In this document: piece by piece, positions 24,142 through 32,000 of the stretch | Layout of the letters: every line of letters begins with the position of its first letter | Position numbering within the stretch: position 1 is the stretch's first letter | Assembly (NCBI GenBank): GCA_963704705.1 | Contig: OY969931.1 | Coordinates: 480,001-512,000, forward strand | DNA: 32,000 nt | Direction: 5' to 3' | Source of the DNA: an uncultured bacterium | Lineage (GTDB): Bacteria > Patescibacteriota > Gracilibacteria > UBA1369 > PNNO01 | The notes under the pieces: model-generated | What the model was told of the DNA's origin: nothing | The model's input: the letters and a program-made list of their open reading frames with translations, nothing else | The model's database searches: none | Program-made: the position numbers and the translations under genes

Positions 24142-25410
24142 TTATGAGATTTTTAATTTGTCCTCAAGCATCTTATAACTCTCAGCAGTATTGTAAAGCC
24201 CGTATTTTTCCCACATTTCACGGTCCAAAGGTTGTTTTCTTTGATAGATTTCATAATGCGGCCGGTATTTTTCAGGAGTAATATCAAACATCATCGCATT
24301 TGCACCTGCTTTTATTGCTTTTTTTCTGCCTTCTTCAGGGTCCAGAGTTTCGTGAGCTGTAACAACCGGGATTCTTGTGTCCTTCATTTCAAGCCTTAAA
24401 ATAGCGATCATTTTTAGCATTAAATCGGTTGATCCGGCTTTTTCATTTTCATAAGGTGTATTTGCGCTTGGAACAAAAGGCCCCATTGAAACCATATCAA
24501 AATCATGGTCACGGATTGTAATAATATCTTCAGCTAAATCTTCAAGAGTCTGCCCCGGCAGCCCCACTATTGAGCCTGATGCAATAAAATATTTAAGCTC
24601 TTTCATGAATTTCAAGTGCTCAAAGCGCGCCTTAATAGATTTGCCCGGCAAAATACGATTGCCGTGAATCTTCGCAAACAGCTGCGGATTTGAGGTTTCG
24701 AATCTGAATAAAACTCCGTCTGCGCGTGCTTCTTTTAAGGCTTTATATGTTTCAAAATCGCGTTCGCCAATGCTTATAAAAATAAATACTTTGTGCTTTT
24801 CTTTAATTTTCCTAAGTAATTCCACAAGTTTTTCTTTTGTGTAATAAGGATCATCACCTGACTGTAATACAAAAAGTTTGTATCCTATATCTGCGCCTTG
24901 CCCAACCGCATCAACTATTTCTTCATCTGTCATTCTGTAGCGTTTGACTGCCTTGTTTTGGCATCGAAGTCCGCAATAATTACAGTTATTCACACAATAA
25001 TTTGAGAATTCAATGATACCGTGAATACAAAAAAAATCTTTTATTAAAGTTTTGCGCATCATGTCCGCTTCGCTAAAAAGCGCTTCAAGTTCAGGACCTT
25101 CGAGTTTTAATAAATATTTAATTTCATCTTTTAGAAGTTTGCGCTGTTTTGATGCTTTGACCACATCAACAAATCTTTCGCTTAAGTTTTTTGGATCGGT
25201 TTTTTGAACATGCTCCAACAATTCAAGAATTTCCTCGGCATCTTGAGGTGAAACTTTTTGAACGGCAATATCCGACATATATAAAATCCAATCTCCAACT
25301 TTAAGGTCATCAATGCTTCGAATATCTATTTCAAAATGCCTGCCATCTTTATTGATTTTGGCTTTCTTGTTATGAATTTCCTCTACTTTTGCGGGAATAG
25401 TTAGGCACAT
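24142..25410 (-). CDS. hypC-hydE: HypC/HupF-HydE fusion protein
   Basis: N-terminus MCLTIPAKVEEIHNKKAKINKDG...LKVGDWILYMSDIAVQKVSPQDAEEILELL is HypC-like; from about codon 80 HydE-like IIEFSNYCVNNCNYCGLRCQNKAVKRYR, FRFETSNPQLFAKIHG, IVGLPGQTLEDLAEDI, GPFVPSANTPYEN. Confidence 0.92.
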   Translation of the reverse strand: MCLTIPAKVEEIHNKKAKINKDGRHFEIDIRSIDDLKVGDWILYMSDIAVQKVSPQDAEEILELLEHVQKTDPKNLSERFVDVVKASKQRKLLKDEIKYLLKLEGPELEALFSEADMMRKTLIKDFFCIHGIIEFSNYCVNNCNYCGLRCQNKAVKRYRMTDEEIVDAVGQGADIGYKLFVLQSGDDPYYTKEKLVELLRKIKEKHKVFIFISIGERDFETYKALKEARADGVLFRFETSNPQLFAKIHGNRILPGKSIKARFEHLKFMKELKYFIASGSIVGLPGQTLEDLAEDIITIRDHDFDMVSMGPFVPSANTPYENEKAGSTDLMLKMIAILRLEMKDTRIPVVTAHETLDPEEGRKKAIKAGANAMMFDITPEKYRPHYEIYQRKQPLDREMWEKYGLYNTAESYKMLEDKLKIS

Positions 25411-25419
25411 AGTATTTGA

Positions 25420-25448
25420 ATTTTACAGATAAATTCTTTTTTTGACAA
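25420..25448 (-). promoter_or_regulatory. Putative promoter of the hypC-hydE/hydG/[NiFe] operon
   Basis: Minus strand TTGTCA - 17 bp - TAAAAT; -35 overlaps the divergent -35. Confidence 0.55.
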
Positions 25449-25470
25449 AATCTTTATAAAAAGTTATATT
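25442..25470 (+). promoter_or_regulatory. Putative promoter of 25494-26720
   Basis: TTGACA - 17 bp - TATATT. Confidence 0.6.
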
Positions 25471-25493
25471 TTGCACCTTTAAAAAATTACAAG

Positions 25494-26720
25494 ATGATAG
25501 AACAAATAGATGGAAATGATGAATTGACCCAATTAGCAGCGGAAATTTCTGAACTTCAGGAAAAAAGAAGAGAACTTCGCAGAGATAAAGAAAAAACTCA
25601 GGAAAACGAGGCTTTAATAGATAAGCTTAAAACAAGATTAATTTATTTGCTTACTTTTGCTTTAATTCAAGATCCTCAAGATGCTCGGGAAATTGTGGAA
25701 CAAGCAGACAATTCGTTTACTGACAAACCACGATATGGAGAAGGTGAATATAGAACAACGGTTTTTGGACTTTTATTGAAAAAACGTTTAAAAGAAGGCT
25801 TATACTTGCCTCAATTGGATGAAAAACCGGTACATGCTGATTATATAAATGCATTGAAATTTATTGAAAGAAGAATGGCAATGATTGAGAAACTTGTTAA
25901 AAAGGGATTTAAAAAATATGAGCCTTATTTGGCTTATTTAAGGGATGCGAGATCTAAATTAAAAGTTCGTGAAACAACATTCTGGATAAGTACTGATTAT
26001 GAGGAAAGTTCAATAAGAACTTATGGCGGCAATGACCATCCGGATAAATTCTGGAATGATCTGCTTGTATATACTGCACAAAAATCAGCCGGAGAAATTG
26101 GCGGGATTGATAAAATTGATGGTGAAAACAGAATAATGGACAGGTCTCCGGAAAATCCTGATAAAACTTATATAAATATTCGTTCCGGCCATCAAATTGT
26201 TGATGAAGTAGTTGCAGAAGCCTTTAAATATGATTTATACACTGCTTCTTTTTTAGCTGTTTTGGAGCGTGATTTGGAAATCGGAACCGGACAGGTATTG
26301 CACTTTCAGAGAATGGGTCAATGGTCGCGCCGAAGGTATACTGATGCAATGTGCAGAGAAGCTCAGGCAATGTACAGACCGACTATTGAACGTCATAATG
26401 CAGAAGTTGCAGAAAAAATTAGGGAAATAATCGATACAAAAGGAGAAAAAATGATACCTGAAGCAGACGAGCAATTTGCTGAAAGGTTGGAAGCTATAAT
26501 GGAGCTTTTTCCTCAATTTAAATTTCAGGATATTGCATCAAAATTACCTAAAGAAGCCCAGATTGAAGATGAAAATTATAAATTAACAGGAATCAATGAT
26601 TTTGATAGAGTCCCGGAATATAAAGACAGTGAATATGAAGAGTGCTATTTAGGAGGTGATTCAAGCGATTTTACAGCTTTTGAAGATAGCAGAATGCAAT
26701 GGGACAAAACTGAAAATTAA
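25494..26720 (+). CDS. Hypothetical protein, 408 aa
   Basis: Long ORF with its own promoter, N-terminal coiled-coil character; no family recognised. Confidence 0.75.
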   Translation: MIEQIDGNDELTQLAAEISELQEKRRELRRDKEKTQENEALIDKLKTRLIYLLTFALIQDPQDAREIVEQADNSFTDKPRYGEGEYRTTVFGLLLKKRLKEGLYLPQLDEKPVHADYINALKFIERRMAMIEKLVKKGFKKYEPYLAYLRDARSKLKVRETTFWISTDYEESSIRTYGGNDHPDKFWNDLLVYTAQKSAGEIGGIDKIDGENRIMDRSPENPDKTYINIRSGHQIVDEVVAEAFKYDLYTASFLAVLERDLEIGTGQVLHFQRMGQWSRRRYTDAMCREAQAMYRPTIERHNAEVAEKIREIIDTKGEKMIPEADEQFAERLEAIMELFPQFKFQDIASKLPKEAQIEDENYKLTGINDFDRVPEYKDSEYEECYLGGDSSDFTAFEDSRMQWDKTEN

Positions 26721-27109
26721 GATTTTTTAACACCAAGAATTTGTTTTTCGAATTGTTTGTATTCTGCTGTAGAGGTAATTACTTCGCGGATAGCTTCGAT
26801 AATTTCTAATACAAGATCACGGTCATCAGATTCAAGCAAGCCGAGCCATGCTCCTATTTGAGCTGCAATATGGTCATCATCCGATTCAATTGCAAGGTCT
26901 TCTGCCAGGTTCAATATATCGTAACCAACTTGTCTTGCTCCTTTTTTTAGAACATCTTGAGCTTGCAGACATAAATAATTCACTAATGTCCGTGCATCAT
27001 TGATATTTGAATCAATACACCATTTTTGAAGACTTTGAGGTATTTTTTTGAATTTAGAATTGGCTTGCAGCCTTTCTGAAAGTGAGCTTATAGGAATTTC
27101 TGAATCCAT
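26717..27109 (-). CDS. Hypothetical protein, 130 aa, predicted helical
   Basis: Complete ORF convergent with 25494-26720. Confidence 0.6.
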   Translation of the reverse strand: MDSEIPISSLSERLQANSKFKKIPQSLQKWCIDSNINDARTLVNYLCLQAQDVLKKGARQVGYDILNLAEDLAIESDDDHIAAQIGAWLGLLESDDRDLVLEIIEAIREVITSTAEYKQFEKQILGVKKS

Positions 27110-27175
27110 ATTTAAAAAAGGTTATAGTGTATTTATAACTGAAAAATTGAAGAAATATTACAAAAATATAGGTTT

Positions 27176-27251
<76 letters not shown>

Positions 27252-27321
27252 TGATTTTTAATGATCAAACACAAGGTATTATACTTAAATTTCCTTTAAG
27301 GTAAAATTAAAATTTAAAGAC

Positions 27322-27350
27322 TTGACAAAATTATTACAACCTTTTATAAT
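27322..27350 (+). promoter_or_regulatory. Putative promoter of 27384-27911
   Basis: TTGACA - 17 bp - TATAAT (both consensus). Confidence 0.65.
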
Positions 27351-27383
27351 CAACCCCTATATAATTATTTAATATAATGAATT

Positions 27384-27911
27384 ATGCCTAAGCTGGAATC
27401 AAATAACGAACCGGTTTCGGTACACAGAATTGAATTTATTGATACAGAGGTGATTCCTGCTTTGGTGATTCCTGAAGAATTGCATCGTCTTACAATCAAT
27501 AAACTTCAGGAAGAATGTAGGACGAAGGTAAATATAATAGCTTGGACATATACAGTTATTAGTTTAGTATCTGCTGCAGTTGCAACATGGACTGCGGTTC
27601 CAAATCTTATTGATAGGCAAAAACACAAAGATAACGCTGCGGCCGTGTATAGATTAAATCAAGAACTGAAAGCAGAAAAATCAAAATCAGCAAGATTACA
27701 AAAAGAACTTAGAACGCAACGACAAGCGCACGATAGTGCTAAATTTATTCAGAAAATGACAGCACAAGCTTATGATGAACTGTTTAGAGAAGTTTTGAAT
27801 TGTGAAACTTCTTCAAAAAATCCAAAAAAGTGTTATGGAAAAATATTAACTGTAAACAATAAAGAAAGCGCAACCAGGAATCCGAAAAGGAAAAAAATGG
27901 CGAGATATTAA
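27384..27911 (+). CDS. Hypothetical membrane-anchored coiled-coil protein
   Basis: One hydrophobic segment (IAWTYTVISLVSAAVATWTAV) followed by a charged helical region. Confidence 0.65.
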   Translation: MPKLESNNEPVSVHRIEFIDTEVIPALVIPEELHRLTINKLQEECRTKVNIIAWTYTVISLVSAAVATWTAVPNLIDRQKHKDNAAAVYRLNQELKAEKSKSARLQKELRTQRQAHDSAKFIQKMTAQAYDELFREVLNCETSSKNPKKCYGKILTVNNKESATRNPKRKKMARY

Positions 27912-28306
27912 GATTTTTCTTCAGCCTTTTCTTCTTTCTTTACTTTTGTTTCAGCTTTTTTTGGAGCTGCTTTGGCTTTTGGAGATTTTTTCGCTCCACT
28001 CGCTGACGCTCGTTCCATAGTGCTCGCATTGCTCGCACTTCCTTCTTTAATATTTGCTATTGCTCTTGCTAATCTTGATTTCTTGTTTGAAGCATTCTTT
28101 TTGTGAATGATATTCTTTTTTGCAGCTGTATCAATAATTTTATATGTAACTGAAAGTTCTTTTTCTGCTTCTTGTTTCTTGCCTTCTTTCACGAGAAGTA
28201 ACACCTTTTTAATATGTGTCTTCATAGAAGACCTGACAGGGAAGTTTCTTTGTCTTCGAATTTCGGCTTGTTTAACACGCTTTTTAGCTGATTTGATGAT
28301 TGGCAT
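27908..28306 (-). CDS. rpsT: 30S ribosomal protein S20 with an extended C-terminal tail
   Basis: MPIIKSAKKRVKQAEIRRQRNFPVRSSMKTHIKKV...IIHKKNASNKKSRLARAI; start codon read as CAT at 28304-28306 on the + strand. Confidence 0.92.
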   Translation of the reverse strand: MPIIKSAKKRVKQAEIRRQRNFPVRSSMKTHIKKVLLLVKEGKKQEAEKELSVTYKIIDTAAKKNIIHKKNASNKKSRLARAIANIKEGSASNASTMERASASGAKKSPKAKAAPKKAETKVKKEEKAEEKS

Positions 28307-28381
28307 ATTCGTATAATTATATTGCTTCTAATAAATTTGCCCATAAAATATAGGTGAAACATACTTTAAAGTCAAATAATT

Positions 28382-28984
28382 ATGCATAACAAGAAAATCA
28401 TCCTTGCATCACAAAGTCCGAGACGAATTGAAATCCTAAAAGATTTAAAAATTAAATTTGAAACAAAACCCAGCAAATGTAGGGAACACAGTTTTAAAGA
28501 CAGCAATATGACTCCAACGGAATTCGCTGTTGCCAATGCAGAGAGAAAGGCTCTCGATATAGCTAAAAACGAGAAAAACGCACTTATAATAGGTATGGAT
28601 ACTGTTGGTGAATTTAATGGCCAGGTTTTTGAAAAACCCAGTGATCGCAAACATGCTGAAACAATGATTAAAACTTTGAACAATACTACGCACAATGTAA
28701 TTACAGGTATTTGCATTATTGATGCCGACTCTGAAAATAAAGTAACAGCAGCTGAAATTACCAAAGTTACTTTTACAAATATGTCGGATAATGAAATAAA
28801 GGCATATCTTGATACAGGTGATTGGGACGGACTTGCCTGTGGTTATGGAATCCAGGGACTCGGAGCTTTATTTATAGAAAGGATAGAAGGTGATTATTTT
28901 AATGTTGTTGGTTTTCCGGTGTTTAGATTTCATCATTTAATGAAGCAAATTGGAATTAATATTTTGGAGCTAAGGCAAGGTTAA
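28382..28984 (+). CDS. maf: Maf-like nucleotide pyrophosphatase
   Basis: KKIILASQSPRRIEILKDLKIKFE; ALIIGMDTVGEFNGQVFEKPSD; GDWDGLACGYGIQGLGALFIERIEGDYFNVVGFPV. Confidence 0.93.
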   Translation: MHNKKIILASQSPRRIEILKDLKIKFETKPSKCREHSFKDSNMTPTEFAVANAERKALDIAKNEKNALIIGMDTVGEFNGQVFEKPSDRKHAETMIKTLNNTTHNVITGICIIDADSENKVTAAEITKVTFTNMSDNEIKAYLDTGDWDGLACGYGIQGLGALFIERIEGDYFNVVGFPVFRFHHLMKQIGINILELRQG

Positions 28985-28996
28985 TTAGCCCTTTAT

Positions 28997-29025
28997 ATAC
29001 TAAGTAACCCCCCACATACTAAGTA
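28997..29025 (+). repeat. Direct repeat ATACTAAGTA x2 upstream of a promoter
   Basis: Copies at 28997-29006 and 29016-29025. Confidence 0.6.
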
Positions 29026-29040
29026 TATAGAAATGCCTCT

Positions 29041-29069
29041 TGACAAATTTTTGCAACATAGTTATAATC
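29041..29069 (+). promoter_or_regulatory. Consensus sigma70-type promoter of the SLH/Ig-like protein gene
   Basis: TTGACA (29041-29046) - 17 bp - TATAAT (29064-29069). Confidence 0.75.
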
Positions 29070-29128
29070 GCGTCTAAAATTTGCGATTTGATTTTTGTAA
29101 CGAATATAAGCAGGTCGCATTATAAAGA

Positions 29129-32000
29129 ATGAATAAGCATTTAATCTTACTTAATATGTATACAACAAAAGCACTTTCGTTAAAACGCGTTGGAGCAATA
29201 GCTGCTCTAATGGTTCTTGGACTATCACTTTTGCTTACACAAGCTATTTCTGCAAATGCATCAGTAGCTGCAATAAGTAATTACAGTGTTGCTCCGCTTA
29301 CTTTTAATCCCGGTTTACAGCCCCTTATTATCAATTTTGATATTAATCAGGCAGGTAAAGTCGGGTTAGAAGTCAGTAAAGATACAGAAGTAATTAAATC
29401 TATTGCGCACATGAAAGATGTGGTTCCGGGAACTCAAACTTTTGAGTGGGATGGAACTGACAGATATGGTGCTCAGGTCGAAGAAGGTGCTTACTGGGTA
29501 AGACTTATTTATTATAATACTGACTTTACTTTATTTAAAAATACCAAAGTTATTGTTGATTATAATGCACCTTATGTTGATCCCAATGGTGGTAACAATG
29601 GCGGTAATAACGGAGGTACAACCGATGTGATTACTTCTGATTATGTAAATCCTAATCCTTTTAATCCAACTCAGGAAACAGCAAGAATTTATTTTACATT
29701 AAATGAATCAGTAGATTATTTGGATGTGAAAATTAAAGATGGAAGCAATACAATTGCTACTTTAATAAATCATCAAAGTAAAAATGCAGGTACATATTAT
29801 GTTGCATGGAACGGTAAAGACACCTTTGGAGATTATGTGGATGAAGGTCCCTATTCTTATGAAATAAAAGCGAATGGTTCTTTTGGAACAGAAACCGAAC
29901 TTGGGAATGTTGATGTTGATTACGAAGGAAATCCTCCAAATAACGGAGGTAATAACGGTGGTGATACTATTGTTGAACCAAACATTACAAACGCCTATGC
30001 AATGCCTGAAGTCATTGATCCTTCTGAAGGAGACACAATGAGAATTTATTACACTCTTGATACATGCGCTTACGTAAAAGTAAATGTAACTGACCCTTCA
30101 AACAGCAATGCGCATGTAGCTGAGCTTCAGGACTGGACATATCAGTGTGATGGTGAACATTATGTTGTTTGGGAAGGCAAAAACGACAACAACCAAATTA
30201 TGCATAATGGTGATTATAAAATTACAATTGATGCAAATAACAGCAAAGGATCAGATGAAGAAGTGGAATTTGTTGAAGTTACAGATAATAACGGAGGCGG
30301 AAACAACAATGGAAATCTTCCTGATGTTTATGACTTAAGTTTAAACAGAGATGTGTTTGATCCTTATGATCAGACAGTTACATTAACTTATAAACTGGAC
30401 GAATGTTCGGATGTAACAATCAAGATTTACGATGAAAATGATAATTATGTTGATACTTTAACTAATGCTGAAAATAAGTGTTCAGGTACTTTTACAGAAA
30501 CCTGGAATGGTGAAGATTCATCAAATAATGAAGTTGATGATGGAAATTATTACTTCAAAGTCTATGCTTTAAATGATTACGGAAGCGATTCTGAAAAAAA
30601 ATATGTTGAAGCTGATTCAAGCAGCAATAATTCAGGCAATGACAAACCGCAAATTACAAATGTAGATGTAAATCCAGATGTATTTAATCCTTATGATGAA
30701 GATACTGAATTGAAATTTAAATTAAATACTTGTGCAGATGTAAGCATTGATGTTCGTGATCAGGATAATGATGTTGTTTATGAGGTTATTCATAATAAAA
30801 ATTTATGTAGCGGTACACATTCTTACAAATGGGACGGTGAAGATGATAATAATCATTATGTAAGAGAAGATAATTATGAATTTTACATCAGAGCTGAAAA
30901 TGATGAAGGAACTGATACAGCACGAGCTGATGTTGATGTTGATTACAACGGCTACACTTACAATTCAGGAGAAAGATGTTCAAATTACCTTGATGTAAGC
31001 ACAAGCAGTGAATATTGCGATGCTATTGAATATGTAACTGGAAGAGGAATTTTCGACGGATATCCTGACGGAACATTTAAACCTTATCAGGCAATTAACC
31101 GCGCTGAAACTTCAAAAGTTATTATTAAAGGATTTGATTATCCTATACTTTCACCTGACGGAACAAACCTTGGATTCTGGGATTTATTACCTGAAGCTTG
31201 GTATATTCCTTATATAAAAACAGGTAAGGCTTACGGAATTTTACAGGGATATCCTGATGGTTCATTCCAGCCTGCAAGAACAGTAAACCGCGTGGAATTA
31301 CTTAAGATTTTCCTTGAGTCAGCAAATGTAGCATTGCCTACTTGCAATACAGCTCCTTATGTTGACACTCCAAAACAAGCGGATACAGAATGGTATATTC
31401 CATATGTTTGCTATGCGAAAATGAACAATTTAATGGATACAGACTATTATGGTCACTTTAATCCTGATAAACCAATGACTCGCGGCGATGTAGCTGAGTT
31501 ATTCTACAGATTTTCAAACCGCGATTATAATACCAATTACACTTATAACGACCCATATTATTACGACGATTACTACTACACCAACACAACTACCGGAACA
31601 GTAGCAAAATTAAGCAATGTTGAACTTTCTGATGATAAGGTTGAACGAGGCGATGCATTCACTATTTATTATAATTTGAATGTACGATCTGATGTAACTA
31701 TTGAAATCCTTGATGAAGATGGTGATGTTGTAAGAGAAATTATTGATGACTTCAGCCAGTCAGCAGGAAGATTATCAGCTCGCTTTAACGGAGAAAATGA
31801 CGATGGTGACGATTTAAGATTGGGTGATTACACTGTAAGAATAGTTGCACGTAACTATTATGGATCAGACAAAGAAGAAATTGATTTTGAAGTTGCTGAA
31901 AACGGAGGAAGCAGTAGCGACGACTACAGAGATACCAATAAATTAGTTGATGTTTACGATCTTAATCTGGATCCAGACGAGTTCGATCCTGATACTGAAG
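29129..32000 (+). CDS. Secreted multi-domain protein with FlgD/Ig-like repeats and three SLH units, 3' partial
   Basis: Not in the ORF track because it is open at the window end. Signal peptide (KRVGAIAALMVLGLSLLLTQAISANA); repeats such as NPDVFNPYDEDTELKFKLNTCADVSIDV; SLH units YCDAIEYVTGRGIFDGYPDGTFKPYQAINRAETSKVI, WYIPYIKTGKAYGILQGYPDGSFQPARTVNRVELLKI, WYIPYVCYAKMNNLMDTDYYGHFNPDKPMTRGDVAELF. Confidence 0.9.
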   Translation, partial: MNKHLILLNMYTTKALSLKRVGAIAALMVLGLSLLLTQAISANASVAAISNYSVAPLTFNPGLQPLIINFDINQAGKVGLEVSKDTEVIKSIAHMKDVVPGTQTFEWDGTDRYGAQVEEGAYWVRLIYYNTDFTLFKNTKVIVDYNAPYVDPNGGNNGGNNGGTTDVITSDYVNPNPFNPTQETARIYFTLNESVDYLDVKIKDGSNTIATLINHQSKNAGTYYVAWNGKDTFGDYVDEGPYSYEIKANGSFGTETELGNVDVDYEGNPPNNGGNNGGDTIVEPNITNAYAMPEVIDPSEGDTMRIYYTLDTCAYVKVNVTDPSNSNAHVAELQDWTYQCDGEHYVVWEGKNDNNQIMHNGDYKITIDANNSKGSDEEVEFVEVTDNNGGGNNNGNLPDVYDLSLNRDVFDPYDQTVTLTYKLDECSDVTIKIYDENDNYVDTLTNAENKCSGTFTETWNGEDSSNNEVDDGNYYFKVYALNDYGSDSEKKYVEADSSSNNSGNDKPQITNVDVNPDVFNPYDEDTELKFKLNTCADVSIDVRDQDNDVVYEVIHNKNLCSGTHSYKWDGEDDNNHYVREDNYEFYIRAENDEGTDTARADVDVDYNGYTYNSGERCSNYLDVSTSSEYCDAIEYVTGRGIFDGYPDGTFKPYQAINRAETSKVIIKGFDYPILSPDGTNLGFWDLLPEAWYIPYIKTGKAYGILQGYPDGSFQPARTVNRVELLKIFLESANVALPTCNTAPYVDTPKQADTEWYIPYVCYAKMNNLMDTDYYGHFNPDKPMTRGDVAELFYRFSNRDYNTNYTYNDPYYYDDYYYTNTTTGTVAKLSNVELSDDKVERGDAFTIYYNLNVRSDVTIEILDEDGDVVREIIDDFSQSAGRLSARFNGENDDGDDLRLGDYTVRIVARNYYGSDKEEIDFEVAENGGSSSDDYRDTNKLVDVYDLNLDPDEFDPDTE

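Noticed and set aside
24142-24144. hypC-hydE fusion as a missed stop or frameshift artefact
   Set aside because: The frame is continuous, with a natural HydE N-terminal helical region linking the domains and tight coupling to hydG. Read-level confirmation would still be useful.
28107-28764. ORFs 28107-28316, 28372-28764 and 28445-28693
   Set aside because: Antisense to rpsT and maf.

Overview
AT-rich bacterial chromosomal window. Gene content resembles a Patescibacteria/CPR-type genome (inference only); standard genetic code. Housekeeping genes include rpmF, nusB, rnc, pepA, rpsT, maf, a dCMP-deaminase family gene, ilvB-like and a DHH phosphoesterase. The most interesting locus is 19.2-25.4 kb. 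A compact minus-strand operon encodes (i) a HypC-HydE fusion protein, (ii) a full-length HydG with the CX3CX2C and CX2CX22C motifs, (iii) a small and (iv) a large [NiFe]-hydrogenase subunit with intact L1/L2 cysteine motifs and a C-terminal extension, and (v) an overlapping GNAT gene. A convergent gene nearby encodes a probable M52 hydrogenase maturation protease. This combines [FeFe]-type radical-SAM maturases with a [NiFe] enzyme and suggests an alternative Fe(CO)(CN) cofactor assembly route. A second accessory region (9.7-16.6 kb) holds three paralogous ~550-aa Cys-rich zinc-ribbon proteins interleaved with two TrmB-like regulators, plus a tRNA-like element lacking a D-arm. Further observations: phased AAGATATTA repeats, near-leaderless promoters, all five convergent gene pairs overlapping at their stop codons, and a secreted protein with three SLH units and Ig-like repeats running off the window end.
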